Positions 9,988-20,028 are shown, counted from the stretch's first letter. The stretch: 64,000 nucleotides of DNA from Candidatus Woesebacteria bacterium RIFCSPHIGHO2_01_FULL_39_23 (GCA_001792305.1 MGGH01000036.1:18599-82598); one strand, 5' to 3'. Notes: generated by a model not told the origin, from the sequence alone. Program-made: numbers and translations.

Positions 9988-10995
9988 ATGGACCTTTCGG
10001 TTAAAGTTCACCGATTGACTAAAAATTTTGAAGTGACAGTAAAAAAACCTGGGCTGAAAGAGGCGATTAAAGCTTTATTTAATCCAGAGAAAAAGACTGT
10101 ACATGCTTTAAAACAAATTTCCTTCACGATTGAAGAAGGCGAGCTTGTTGGATTCATTGGTCCTAATGGTGCAGGAAAAACTACAACACTTAAAACTCTT
10201 TCAGGCCTGCTTTACCCAACTAGTGGACATGTATTGGTAGAAGGCTTTGATCCATGGGATCGAAAGAGTGAATTCTTAAAAAAAATCGCTCTGGTCATGG
10301 GACAAAAAAACCAGCTTTGGTGGGATTTACCTGCAATTGAAACTTTTGAACTGAATCGCGCGATTTACGAAATACCCCGTAAAAAGTATGAGGAAAGCTT
10401 GAATGAGTTAGTAAGTCTTCTTGATGTCAAAAAATTGTTGAGTATTCCTGTCAGGCGCCTTTCATTGGGTCAGAGAATGAGACTTGAACTTGTGGCGGCG
10501 CTTATTCATGGGCCCAAAGTTCTATTTTTGGACGAGCCAACAATTGGTTTGGACGTTGTGGCTTCTCAGAAAATGAGAGATTTTATCCTGAGTTACAATA
10601 AAAGGTTTAAGGCGACGGTAATATTGACCTCGCATAATATGGGAGATGTGGCAAGTCTTGCCAAGCGAGTGATAGTAATAGATAAGGGGAAGATAATATT
10701 TGATGGGAATTTAAGTGAGCTGGTATCTTTGTATGCTAAGGAGAAGATAATTAAAGTAGTACTGTCAGGCGATGGAGATTATAAAAGTTTGGAAAAAATT
10801 GGTAAAGTTATCAGCATTTCGATTCCTAAAGTTGAGATTTTAGTTTCTCGATCAATGGCTACATTGGCCGCATCCGAAATACTCCAGAATTTTTCCGTTG
10901 AAGACTTGAACATTGAGGAAGAGCCAGTTGAAAACGTCGTTCGAAGAATTTTTAGTGGTGAAACTAAAAACCTAAAGAGAAAGAAGAATGGATAA
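9988..10995 (+). CDS. ABC exporter ATP-binding protein
   Basis: GPNGAGKTT, LSLGQRMR, LFLDEPT. Confidence 0.95.
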   Translation: MDLSVKVHRLTKNFEVTVKKPGLKEAIKALFNPEKKTVHALKQISFTIEEGELVGFIGPNGAGKTTTLKTLSGLLYPTSGHVLVEGFDPWDRKSEFLKKIALVMGQKNQLWWDLPAIETFELNRAIYEIPRKKYEESLNELVSLLDVKKLLSIPVRRLSLGQRMRLELVAALIHGPKVLFLDEPTIGLDVVASQKMRDFILSYNKRFKATVILTSHNMGDVASLAKRVIVIDKGKIIFDGNLSELVSLYAKEKIIKVVLSGDGDYKSLEKIGKVISISIPKVEILVSRSMATLAASEILQNFSVEDLNIEEEPVENVVRRIFSGETKNLKRKKNG

Positions 10996-11788
10996 GTATT
11001 TAGCGATTTTTAAAATTTCCTTTGCCCAAGAATTTGCCTATAGGCTAAATTTTGTTATGTGGAGAGTCAGGAATATAATGCAGTTTTTTTTGATCTTTTT
11101 CCTTTGGGATACGGTCTTTTCTAGTCCAAGTACGCAAATATTTGGTTATGACAGGCCGAAGATTTTAACTTATGTTTTTGGCCTTATTATAGTAAGGTCA
11201 ATTGTTCTTTCTGCAAGGTCGGTTGATATCGCGGGTGAGGTATCAAGAGGGGATTTGTCTAATTATTTAGTTAAACCAATAAACTATATTAAGTATTGGT
11301 TAACCCGTGATCTTTCGAGCAAGCTTCTTAATTTGTCATTTGCTATGTTTGAGGCGGTATTACTGTTTATTGTTTTAAAGCCGCCGTTTTTTTTGCAGAC
11401 TGAAGCTTTACAGTTGACGTTTTTTGTATTTTCAATTTTTACCGCGATTCTTTTATTTTTTCTGCTTATGTTTTTGTTTAGCATGTTTGCCTTGTGGTAC
11501 CCAGATCAAGCTTGGGGTGCTTCCTTTCTTTTGTTTATATTTGTTGATTTTTTGGGCGGTGGCGTTTTTCCTCTTGACGTACTACCTGTAAATTTCCAAA
11601 ATATTCTGTACCTTACTCCTTTTCCGTATTTGTTGTTTTCGCCCCTGCAAATTTATTTAGGAAAATTTGATACATTACTGACTGTTAGAAATGTATTAAT
11701 CGGCGCTATCTGGGTAGCTATCCTATCTGTAATGGTCAATAAAATTTGGAGATTAGGGTTAAAGGTTTATCGCTCTGAAGGAAGATGA
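10988..11788 (+). CDS. ABC-2 family permease
   Basis: About 6 TM, GDLSNYLVKP; cotranscribed with the ATPase. Confidence 0.88.
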   Translation: MDKYLAIFKISFAQEFAYRLNFVMWRVRNIMQFFLIFFLWDTVFSSPSTQIFGYDRPKILTYVFGLIIVRSIVLSARSVDIAGEVSRGDLSNYLVKPINYIKYWLTRDLSSKLLNLSFAMFEAVLLFIVLKPPFFLQTEALQLTFFVFSIFTAILLFFLLMFLFSMFALWYPDQAWGASFLLFIFVDFLGGGVFPLDVLPVNFQNILYLTPFPYLLFSPLQIYLGKFDTLLTVRNVLIGAIWVAILSVMVNKIWRLGLKVYRSEGR

Positions 11789-12573
11789 AGAAAATTTCAT
11801 ATTATCTACGGATTTGGTGGATGATGAGTAGGAATTCTTTTCTTGCTGTTTTTTATGTAAAAATTGCGCTGTTCATTTTTCTAACAGGTAAAGTGCTTCG
11901 ATTTGTTTTTTTTACTCTTTTTATATTCTTTTTAGTTAAAGGTTCTCAGGGTCTTGCGGGATACACGCTTCATCAGTCAATATTTTTCTTTTTAACTTTC
12001 AACCTCGTTGATATTACTTCGCAATTTCTATTTCGTGAAGTCTATAGATTTAGACCACAGCTGATTTCAGGAGATTTTGATCTTGCCTTGGTTAAGCCGT
12101 TTAGCCCACTTTTTAGGAGTCTAATGGGTGGGGCAGACATAATTGATTTAATTACAATTCCGCCTTTAATTTTTACAATATTTTACATTGGCTCGCAATT
12201 GACTCCGTCGATACTGCATATTGCATTCTATGTGTTACTTATTGTGAACGGCTTGCTTATTGCCACTGCCTTTCACATTTTCGTTTTGGGTTTCGGGATA
12301 ATAACTTTAGAGGTGGATCACTTGGTTTTTATATATCGCGATATTATTAACCTTGGAAAACTACCAGTAGACATTTACCGTGAGCCTATAAGATCTATTA
12401 TTACTTATCTCATTCCTGTTGGAGTGATGATTACTTTACCTGCCAAGGCCCTGATGGGACTGGTGAGTCCGATCGGTATTATCGCGACACTTGGCATAGG
12501 TGCTGTGGCGCTTGTTGCGTCTTACAGATTTTGGAATTTTGCTCTAACCCGCTATACAAGCGCATCTAGTTAA
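11785..12573 (+). CDS. ABC-2 family permease
   Basis: About 6 TM, GDFDLALVKP, LPVDIY. Confidence 0.88.
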   Translation: MKKISYYLRIWWMMSRNSFLAVFYVKIALFIFLTGKVLRFVFFTLFIFFLVKGSQGLAGYTLHQSIFFFLTFNLVDITSQFLFREVYRFRPQLISGDFDLALVKPFSPLFRSLMGGADIIDLITIPPLIFTIFYIGSQLTPSILHIAFYVLLIVNGLLIATAFHIFVLGFGIITLEVDHLVFIYRDIINLGKLPVDIYREPIRSIITYLIPVGVMITLPAKALMGLVSPIGIIATLGIGAVALVASYRFWNFALTRYTSASS

Positions 12574-12575
12574 AT

Positions 12576-13541
12576 ATGCAAAAAGTACTTGTGGTATGCG
12601 GACCAACAGCTACGGGGAAGACAAAGTTGGCCTTAAGGCTTGCCAAGAAAATTAATGGTGAACTGATATCTGCCGATTCCAGACAAGTGTACAGAGGGAT
12701 GGATATAGGTACAGGTAAAGAATTACCCGTAAATCTCAAACCCCAAATCTCAAATCTCAAATACAGAGGTGAACCAATTGTGTTTTACAGCATCCTGAGA
12801 GTAAAAGTATGGGGTTATGATTTAGTCTCCCCTACTCGACAGTTTAACGTCGCACAATACAAGAGGTTTGCAGATAAAATATTAAAAAGCATTGTTGACA
12901 GAGGAAAACTGCCAATCATAGTTGGAGGGACTGGGTTATATATTAAAGCCGTAGTTGATGATATTTCCACAATCAATGTGCCGGCAAATAGGAGTCTTCG
13001 GCGTAGTTTAGCAAACAAAAGCGTAGACGAATTATATAATTTACTGAGCCGATTTGATCCCATAAAATCGGCGTCTTTAAATACTTCAGATAGGAAAAAT
13101 CCACGTAGGCTAATTCGTGCAATCGAAGTTGTGAGTTACGGCGAGAAAGGTCGAAGGAGCCTTAAGAAAGATAGCAAATTTGACACTCTCTTTATCGGAC
13201 TCACACTACCCAAGCATATTCGTAACGATAACATAAATAAAAGAGTTCACAAAAGGCTTCATCAGGGAATAATTGCAGAGATAAAAAAGCTTCTTAACTC
13301 AGGAGTTAAATGGAGTGATCAATCAATGTGTAGCATTGGATATAAAGAGTTGAGAGGATATTTTGAAAGTAAATTGACTTTAGAAGAGGTAGTAAAAAAA
13401 TGGAAAGATGCAGAGCATAATTATGCCAAGAGGCAAATTACTTGGTTTAAGCGGGATCAGAGAATAAACTGGTTTGATGTAAGTAAAAAAGATTATCTAC
13501 GAAATATGGAAAACATGGTCGAAAAGTGGTATAAATCTTAG
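12576..13541 (+). CDS. miaA: tRNA dimethylallyltransferase
   Basis: GPTATGKT, SADSRQVYRGMDIGTGK, VGGTGLY, YAKRQITWF. Confidence 0.97.
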   Translation: MQKVLVVCGPTATGKTKLALRLAKKINGELISADSRQVYRGMDIGTGKELPVNLKPQISNLKYRGEPIVFYSILRVKVWGYDLVSPTRQFNVAQYKRFADKILKSIVDRGKLPIIVGGTGLYIKAVVDDISTINVPANRSLRRSLANKSVDELYNLLSRFDPIKSASLNTSDRKNPRRLIRAIEVVSYGEKGRRSLKKDSKFDTLFIGLTLPKHIRNDNINKRVHKRLHQGIIAEIKKLLNSGVKWSDQSMCSIGYKELRGYFESKLTLEEVVKKWKDAEHNYAKRQITWFKRDQRINWFDVSKKDYLRNMENMVEKWYKS

Positions 13542-13577
13542 TAGGCTTTCCTTAAGACAAGTAAAAAGAGTCAAAGT

Positions 13578-14570
13578 ATGACGCAAAAAATTGAAGTTTC
13601 TCACAGAACAATAATTTTTACAATTTTTTTCCTGATACTTTTATGGTTCGTATATCTTATTCGTGACATAATTTTTTTGGTTTTTGTCGCAATATTGCTT
13701 TCCGCGATACTAAATCCCACTGTCAAAAAATTGCATAAACACCGGATTCCAAGAGCGCTTGCTGCAATTGTTGTTTATCTGTTGGGTGCGGCTTTTTTAA
13801 CTTTTGCTTTTGGGACTGTACTGACTCCACTTGTGGAACAATCTGGGAACTTCGCAAAAAACTTTCCTTTATACCTTGAAAGATTACAAATTCCGGATAG
13901 TGTTGTACAGCAAGTGACTGATGAGATTACATCTCAATTTGGTACGATTTCTTCACAACTCTTGAGGCTTGGCGTTTCAGTTTTTTCGAACATCTTGACA
14001 GTGTTTGCGGTACTTATTATCGCACTTTATTTTCTGGTCGCCCGCGAGAAATTGGATAAACAATTGTATTCAATACTACCAGAGTCTCAGGCTAAAAAGA
14101 TTGAAAAGGTTTTGGGTAGAATGGAAAAGGATTTGGGAGGTTGGACCAGGGGAGAGCTTTTACTTATGTTTTCGGTTGGTTTTACGACTTATATTGGCTT
14201 AGTTGTGTTAGGTATCCCCTATGCTGTGCCTTTAGGAGTCCTCGCGGGTTTGCTTGAAGTTGTCCCAAACATTGGTCCTGTTGTTGCTAGTGTGCCTGCT
14301 GTTATTGTAGGTTTTGGGATTTCACCCATAAGTGGCTTTGCTGTAATTGCGCTTTCATTTCTGATTCAACAAGTTGAAAATTATGTTCTCGTCCCTAAAA
14401 TTATGGAGAAATCAGCTGGTATTAATCCGGTGGTAACTTTATTGTCCTTATTGGTTGGCTTCAGACTGGCAGGAATTGCAGGAGCCATTTTGGCTGTACC
14501 AGTAATAATAACCTTAAGGGTGATTATAAATGAGTATTACACTTCTCCTCGGCTTGAAAAAAGTCGATAA
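13578..14570 (+). CDS. AI-2E family transporter
   Basis: Multi-TM, VPNIGP, QQVENYVLVPKIM, GAILAVP. Confidence 0.92.
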   Translation: MTQKIEVSHRTIIFTIFFLILLWFVYLIRDIIFLVFVAILLSAILNPTVKKLHKHRIPRALAAIVVYLLGAAFLTFAFGTVLTPLVEQSGNFAKNFPLYLERLQIPDSVVQQVTDEITSQFGTISSQLLRLGVSVFSNILTVFAVLIIALYFLVAREKLDKQLYSILPESQAKKIEKVLGRMEKDLGGWTRGELLLMFSVGFTTYIGLVVLGIPYAVPLGVLAGLLEVVPNIGPVVASVPAVIVGFGISPISGFAVIALSFLIQQVENYVLVPKIMEKSAGINPVVTLLSLLVGFRLAGIAGAILAVPVIITLRVIINEYYTSPRLEKSR

Positions 14571-14598
14571 TTATTGTGCTTTTTGGTATAATATTAAC

Positions 14599-14892
14599 GC
14601 TCTGGAGGAAGGGCAATCGGGCCGCGGAGCCTCGGCGAAGTGGTCAGGAAAGTCCAGGCAGCTCAAGGCAGGAGACGAGGTGTAAACCTTGACGGGTAAC
14701 CGCTGGTTAGAGCAACAGAGACTACAACTCACCCCTAACCTAAAAGGTTTGGGGAAGAGGGTGAAAAGGGCAATCCCCTCCGCTGCAACCTCCGAATGGG
14801 GCGCTGAAGGTAAGCCTTGCCGAGCCCCGAAGTTTGAGGGCATAGATTGATGGTTGCCGAAAAACAGAACCTGGCTTACTCGCCTCCGGAGC
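14599..14892 (+). ncRNA. rnpB: RNase P RNA
   Basis: P1 GCTCTGGAGG/CCTCCGGAGC, AGGAAAGTCC and AACAGAACCTGGCTTA (P4); TG-TATAAT promoter just upstream. Confidence 0.93.
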
Positions 14893-14898
14893 ACCAAA

Positions 14899-15591
14899 TT
14901 AATACTTTTTTGCAACAGCAAAAAGGCCTGTTCCCTGAGGTAAGTTTATATGTCCTAATAATTTGTTCTCGACTGCGAGAATATATTTGAAGATAAAGTT
15001 CACAAAAGGGTTTACTTTCTTAAGTGACAAGTTTTTAAATAGGATAGCAGCTGGTAGTAAAGAAAAGTTCATGAATGAGAGTTTTGCAACTCTAAACCCT
15101 GCCCCTTCTAATTTTTCCCCGATCTCAGTTTTTGAATATCTGTGGCGAGTGTGGACTTTTTGGTCGTGTTCGCTAGAAAGCCAGTTGTTGGCTGCAACTC
15201 TTAAGATCAAAAACCCCTTGGGTTTTATAACTCTGTAAAACTCCTTTATAGCCAGTTTATCGTTGACGCCTTTATGGTACAAAACATCAATTGAGGTGAC
15301 TATGTCAAATGAGTTGTCCTCAAAAGGTAGTTCATTAATGGATGCTTTTATTACTTTTACACCCCGTTTTTTACAAAATCTTATTGCCTCGGGGTTAATA
15401 TCTACCGCAGTAACACTTCCAAACCTTTCAAGCTTTTTAGTTAGTAGCCCCGTGCCACAACCCGCATCAAGGATTTTGCCGTACATTGGAAGTAATTTCT
15501 CGATTTCGTCTATAATTAAATTATGAAGAGAGACGTAAAAAAAGTGGGTAGTTTCATTATCAAACAGCTTTTGGTATTCTGATATTTTCAC
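14899..15591 (-). CDS. Class I SAM-dependent methyltransferase
   Basis: ILDAGCGTG, LPFEDNSFD, H..RY motif typical of GT-associated methyltransferases. Confidence 0.9.
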   Translation of the reverse strand: MKISEYQKLFDNETTHFFYVSLHNLIIDEIEKLLPMYGKILDAGCGTGLLTKKLERFGSVTAVDINPEAIRFCKKRGVKVIKASINELPFEDNSFDIVTSIDVLYHKGVNDKLAIKEFYRVIKPKGFLILRVAANNWLSSEHDQKVHTRHRYSKTEIGEKLEGAGFRVAKLSFMNFSLLPAAILFKNLSLKKVNPFVNFIFKYILAVENKLLGHINLPQGTGLFAVAKKY

Positions 15592-16289
15592 TTTTTAAGT
15601 AAAACCAACTCAAACCACAAAGCTAAAAGTTCCTTGAAGGTTGAAAGGATACGGCTAATTCTAAAAAATTGTGAATTACCGTAACGTCTTTGGTAATGGT
15701 GGACAGAAACTTGACGAAACCTTGCCCCAATAAGATGACATTTTTTAACTAGTTCTACACAGATTGCTCCTGAATTTGAAGTTAAATGTATTTTGTCGAT
15801 TATTTTTTTTCTAATGAGTCTGAAATCACAGTCAACGTCGTAGGTGGGAAGCCAAAAAAGCCAGCGGGCAATAAAACTGTATAGATTGCCAAAAAATATG
15901 CGGTATGTAGGGTCCCTCCTTACCATCTTTATCCCATTTACAAAGTCGGTGTCGTAGGTCATTAGGTTTAAAAGGATAGGTAGTTCATTTACGTTATACT
16001 GCCCATCCCCGTCGGTGTAAAAGATAAGTTCCTTTCTAGATTTTTCAAATCCACTTCTTAAGGTACCACCGTATCCTTGATTGATTTTATGAAAAACGAG
16101 TTTTAATTTTGGGTATTTTTTTTGAAGTTTTTTAAGAATGTCTACACTTTTATCTTTTGAAGCATCGTCTATGACAATTACCTCATAATCTTTGGATAGA
16201 CTTGGAAGGATCAGGAAGACATTTTTGACCAACTTGGCAATAGTTTTTTCATCGTTGTAGCAGGGAAAAAAGACCGAAATGCTTGCCAT
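15588..16289 (-). CDS. Glycosyltransferase family 2 (polyprenol-phosphate type)
   Basis: FFPCYND, IDDASKD, NQGYG, YTDGDGQY, DVDCDFRL. Confidence 0.92.
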   Translation of the reverse strand: MASISVFFPCYNDEKTIAKLVKNVFLILPSLSKDYEVIVIDDASKDKSVDILKKLQKKYPKLKLVFHKINQGYGGTLRSGFEKSRKELIFYTDGDGQYNVNELPILLNLMTYDTDFVNGIKMVRRDPTYRIFFGNLYSFIARWLFWLPTYDVDCDFRLIRKKIIDKIHLTSNSGAICVELVKKCHLIGARFRQVSVHHYQRRYGNSQFFRISRILSTFKELLALWFELVLLKK

Positions 16290-16297
16290 AAATATTA

Positions 16298-17644
16298 CTA
16301 TAGTTTTAGCAACTTATAGCCGTAAGGGGCCGTTGTGATTGTTTGCATATCTTTATTGAATTTCTGCGGGTCTTTTGTAATTATAATATAATCTTTAAAT
16401 TCCGAGATATCATCATGGCTTACTATCCACCATTCGTTTGCCTTGCCGCCATTTTGAATTGTGACAGTAACTTCATCTAAGCCCGAATAGTAAATGAAAG
16501 ATGGAAAATCGGGACTATCAAGTACAAGTTTGGTTTCGGGATTAAAATTCATTTTAGTAAACATTCCCAATTTCGCGCCAATCAGAGACCTGTCTGGGAG
16601 TTCAAGTTCTATTCTTTTGACATGATTGAACTGCAAGATAATTAGCAAGAGTAATAGAAAAATATATTTTTTGCCAAAATTGAGGATGGAGTATCCTATA
16701 ACTAAAGATACAAAAGGGTAGACGGGTAGCAAAAACCAGCCCAGTTTGTCGGCTAATAAATTTAGGGGAAAGGATAGGACTAGAACCGATAACATCAAAA
16801 ACCAGAGTAGTTTATTTTTGAAATTCTTAAAAAGACACAAAGCTACTGGAGCCAGCCAAAATCCGACATCTCTTATTAAAACCTTGAATAAAGTAAAATC
16901 AACCTTTGGGTTTTTCCACGACAAATTTCCCGCGAATGGGTCAAGAATAAATGAAGATATAAATTCTTTTCCGAATTTTAGTATCCCATAGATATACCAC
17001 CACAAAGATACTGTTAAAGACACTAAAACAACCAGCACAACACTTTTTACCCTTCTTTTACCCAGTAGATATTCATAAATTAGAATCCAGATCAGAGGAT
17101 AAAACCCAAAGACTATTCCTTTGGTCAACACTGTACTACCAAGAAATATACCCGACAGTACTCGAGATTTGTTACTTTTACTTGCTATGTAGAAGTAAAA
17201 CGACAGGATAGAAAATAGTGTAACTAGCGCGTCAAGATTTCCGTGTGAGAACCTTTCTACAACCTGCCCAAGTGTGAGGAAAATAACTGCTGCAACCAAT
17301 CCTATTTTATAATTGAATAGTTTTTTACCAATAATAAAAATCATTAGCACAGTTAAGACCGCGGCTGTTGCGCTAACGGCTCTTGCTTGCCATTCTCCTG
17401 GACCAAAAATTTTAAATATTGGGTAGGAAAGCCAGAAGTACATAGGGGGCTTGTCAAAGTAGTATTTTCCATTCCAAAAGGGCATTAAGAGACCCGTATT
17501 ATTAGTTGCCATATTTTTGCTTATTTCGGCATACCATGCCTCATCCCAGTTTCTTAATGGAAATTCGTTTATCGAGCGAAAAAATGCAAATGTGGAAAGT
17601 AAAGTTAAGGCAATTAAAGGCCATCTGTCGTTTTGAGGTTTCAC
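16298..17644 (-). CDS. ArnT/PMT-like GT-C membrane glycosyltransferase
   Basis: WDEAWYAEISKNM, YFDKPP, multiple TM helices, TKG motif. Confidence 0.9.
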   Translation of the reverse strand: MKPQNDRWPLIALTLLSTFAFFRSINEFPLRNWDEAWYAEISKNMATNNTGLLMPFWNGKYYFDKPPMYFWLSYPIFKIFGPGEWQARAVSATAAVLTVLMIFIIGKKLFNYKIGLVAAVIFLTLGQVVERFSHGNLDALVTLFSILSFYFYIASKSNKSRVLSGIFLGSTVLTKGIVFGFYPLIWILIYEYLLGKRRVKSVVLVVLVSLTVSLWWYIYGILKFGKEFISSFILDPFAGNLSWKNPKVDFTLFKVLIRDVGFWLAPVALCLFKNFKNKLLWFLMLSVLVLSFPLNLLADKLGWFLLPVYPFVSLVIGYSILNFGKKYIFLLLLLIILQFNHVKRIELELPDRSLIGAKLGMFTKMNFNPETKLVLDSPDFPSFIYYSGLDEVTVTIQNGGKANEWWIVSHDDISEFKDYIIITKDPQKFNKDMQTITTAPYGYKLLKL

Positions 17645-17660
17645 GCAAATATCATACCCA

Positions 17661-17709
17661 GCAATTTCCTACACTGCAACCTCCGATTCGGGCGCTTTAG
17701 GTAAGTCTT
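17661..17709 (+). repeat. Degenerate direct copy of an internal rnpB segment (14770-14818)
   Basis: Ungapped 40/49 nt match by hand alignment. Confidence 0.85.
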
Positions 17710-17710
17710 C

Positions 17711-18244
17711 GTGTATAATAAGAACAAATTGATGGTAATTGACGATATTGATTTATCAGCAGATCATGAAGCTTCGTCTTTAGTAGGCATTAAAGAACAA
17801 GAAGAAATTCGAGGAATGAGAAACTCTCTTGGTAAACTTGTAGATTCTTTAAAGTATCCCGCACTTGATAGAGACCTGGTGGCGCATTATGCTTTAGAAG
17901 TAGTCGAACAGGTTCGTAGAATTGGTGGAGGAAAAGGTGTTAGTCTTGAGCCAAAAAGGGCTAAGGTATTAACGGATCACGTCGCCTCTCAGGGGATAGA
18001 TTCAGGAGGACCCGTTGAGGGTTTAAGGGATTTGAAGCAATTTGTAGATGAACTGTCTTATGAAGTTAGAAGGGAGTCTTCGGAAGCAACTTTAAGATTA
18101 CCTTTTACAGACGGCAATATGAGGATATTTATTGATGGTGACGGGATTGGGAATCGCTACTTTTTTGCCACCGATAATCACCAAGAGAATATTAGAAGAG
18201 CAGTCGAGGTTTTTAATGAAGTAGCTCGAGACGAAAAATTTTGA
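17711..18244 (+). CDS. Hypothetical protein
   Basis: 177 aa ORF (true start probably a later ATG), no motif recognised. Confidence 0.65.
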   Translation: MYNKNKLMVIDDIDLSADHEASSLVGIKEQEEIRGMRNSLGKLVDSLKYPALDRDLVAHYALEVVEQVRRIGGGKGVSLEPKRAKVLTDHVASQGIDSGGPVEGLRDLKQFVDELSYEVRRESSEATLRLPFTDGNMRIFIDGDGIGNRYFFATDNHQENIRRAVEVFNEVARDEKF

Positions 18245-18307
18245 GTAACCTCAGTTACTGTTTTAGTCAATAGTCCAATTGTGAATCTTTTTTGCTACAA
18301 TAGCTCC

Positions 18308-18751
18308 ATGCGGTTGGTAATTCAAAGAGTAAAAAGTGCTTCTGTTGAGGTTGTTGGAACCAAAAAAGTTGTCGGGAAAATTGGCAAGGGTTTTTTTGTT
18401 TTAGTTGGAGTCGGAAAAAACGACACAGAGAAAAAAGCTCACCAATTGGCTGGAAAACTAGCAAAGTTAAGGGTGATGAGCGACGAGTTTGGGAAAATGA
18501 ATCTATCCGTAAGGGATGTTGGTGCGGAGGTTTTGGTTGTCTCTCAATTTACGCTTTATGCGTATGCAAAAGACGGAAATAGACCTTCGTTTATAGAAGC
18601 AGCTGATCCGAAAAAGGCAAGAGAAATCTATGAACACTTTATAGATAAACTTAAGAATTTGGGTGTAAAAGTTGAAACAGGAAGCTTTGGAGAATATATG
18701 AAGATAAATACGGAACTTGACGGACCTGTTACGATAATTTTAGAAAGTTAA
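18308..18751 (+). CDS. dtd: D-aminoacyl-tRNA deacylase
   Basis: MRLVIQRV, VSQFTL, GNRPSF, DGPVT. Confidence 0.96.
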   Translation: MRLVIQRVKSASVEVVGTKKVVGKIGKGFFVLVGVGKNDTEKKAHQLAGKLAKLRVMSDEFGKMNLSVRDVGAEVLVVSQFTLYAYAKDGNRPSFIEAADPKKAREIYEHFIDKLKNLGVKVETGSFGEYMKINTELDGPVTIILES

Positions 18752-18766
18752 AACTTAAAAATTTGA

Positions 18767-19405
18767 ATGCAAAACTACAGGTTAAAACTCAAAATTATTT
18801 TTGTTAAGTTTTTAAATATTGTTTTGTTTGTTGTTTTAGTAAGTAGTTTTGGATTTGGAGCTTTTTTAATCGGATTTAGATTAGGAGAACAGAAGGGGCA
18901 AACAGACAAGTTTGATAAATTTTCTTATGGGCTGGTGTTTAGGGATATTGCTACCCCGTCTCCGTCTCCAACTTTATCTCCGACTGTGGTACCAAGTACC
19001 ACTCCCAAAATTGAGACTGGTAAATCTAATACCCAATCGTGGAGTGGTCCTGAGCTCTGGAATTTAGTTAATAAAAGAAGAAATGAATTTGGTGTAAATG
19101 AACTTTCTAACAAATCCGAATTGTGCACAATAGCTTCAATTCGTTTAAATGAACTACTGGAATTAGGCAAACTCGATGGTCATGAGGGATTTTCAAATAT
19201 GCCGGAAAAAAGACCTGATTTAAAGTGGATTTATGATAAATATACTTTGTCCGAGTTTTTAGTTTCTGGGGCACAAAGTGCCCAAGAAGCTGTTTCACTG
19301 TGGGAAAATACCTTAGGACATAAAAAGTTATTAACTGGTGGAGAATTTGTCTGGGGCTGCATCTACGCCCAAGGTGGCTTTGGGGTGGCAATAACAGCTT
19401 ATTAA
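18767..19405 (+). CDS. CAP (SCP-like) domain membrane-anchored protein
   Basis: TM helix, P/T/S linker, LVNKRR, HEGF, W..TLGHKKLL. Confidence 0.8.
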   Translation: MQNYRLKLKIIFVKFLNIVLFVVLVSSFGFGAFLIGFRLGEQKGQTDKFDKFSYGLVFRDIATPSPSPTLSPTVVPSTTPKIETGKSNTQSWSGPELWNLVNKRRNEFGVNELSNKSELCTIASIRLNELLELGKLDGHEGFSNMPEKRPDLKWIYDKYTLSEFLVSGAQSAQEAVSLWENTLGHKKLLTGGEFVWGCIYAQGGFGVAITAY

Positions 19406-20028
19406 ATCAATTTATTTTTTATTAAAAACTCTTCAAGTTTTCTCTTCGAAGCATATTGGCGGCCGATTGAAACGAAAAGCCGGTTAATATCTTTCCAGTA
19501 TCTTTTAGGTAAGATTTTTGTTAATTTAGTTTCGGTTTGCTCAGGTGTGGCGGTTTTTACCCAGCCCAGAAGGTTAGTAATCCTGTGAACGTGGGTGTCC
19601 ACAGCAATTGCGGGCTTTCCGAAAGCTCTGCTTAGTACCAAGTTTGCAGTTTTTATACCCACTCCTGGAAGTGTCATTAACTTTTTCCTTGTGTTTGGAA
19701 CTTTACCGTTAAATTTCTTTAAGATAATATTTGATAGGAGTTTTAGCTGTCTGGCTTTGGTTTTATAAAATCCGACCGGGTATATTAATTTTTTTAGTTC
19801 TTTCGTTTTCAAGTTTTTTAGTTTATTGATATCTGGTGCTTTTTTAAATAGTCGCTTTGAGGACTCAAGAGTTACCTCGTCTTTTGTTCGAGACGAAAGC
19901 ATTGTGGATAAAAGAGTTTTATATGGGTCTTTACCGAAAACTTCAAGCGGTACTGGCAAATGATTGTTCCGAAAAATTTTGAAGACAGTTTTGAAATAAT
20001 GATTTTTCACGAAGAAATTATACAACAA
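19402..20028 (-). CDS. nth: Endonuclease III-like HhH-GPD glycosylase
   Basis: LSSRTKD, VGFYKTKA, LPGVGIKTAN, AVDTHVHR; no C-terminal Cys cluster. Confidence 0.9.
   Translation of the reverse strand: MLYNFFVKNHYFKTVFKIFRNNHLPVPLEVFGKDPYKTLLSTMLSSRTKDEVTLESSKRLFKKAPDINKLKNLKTKELKKLIYPVGFYKTKARQLKLLSNIILKKFNGKVPNTRKKLMTLPGVGIKTANLVLSRAFGKPAIAVDTHVHRITNLLGWVKTATPEQTETKLTKILPKRYWKDINRLFVSIGRQYASKRKLEEFLIKNKLI

Noticed and set aside
14571-14921. 116-aa minus-strand ORF
   Set aside because: Antisense to RNase P RNA
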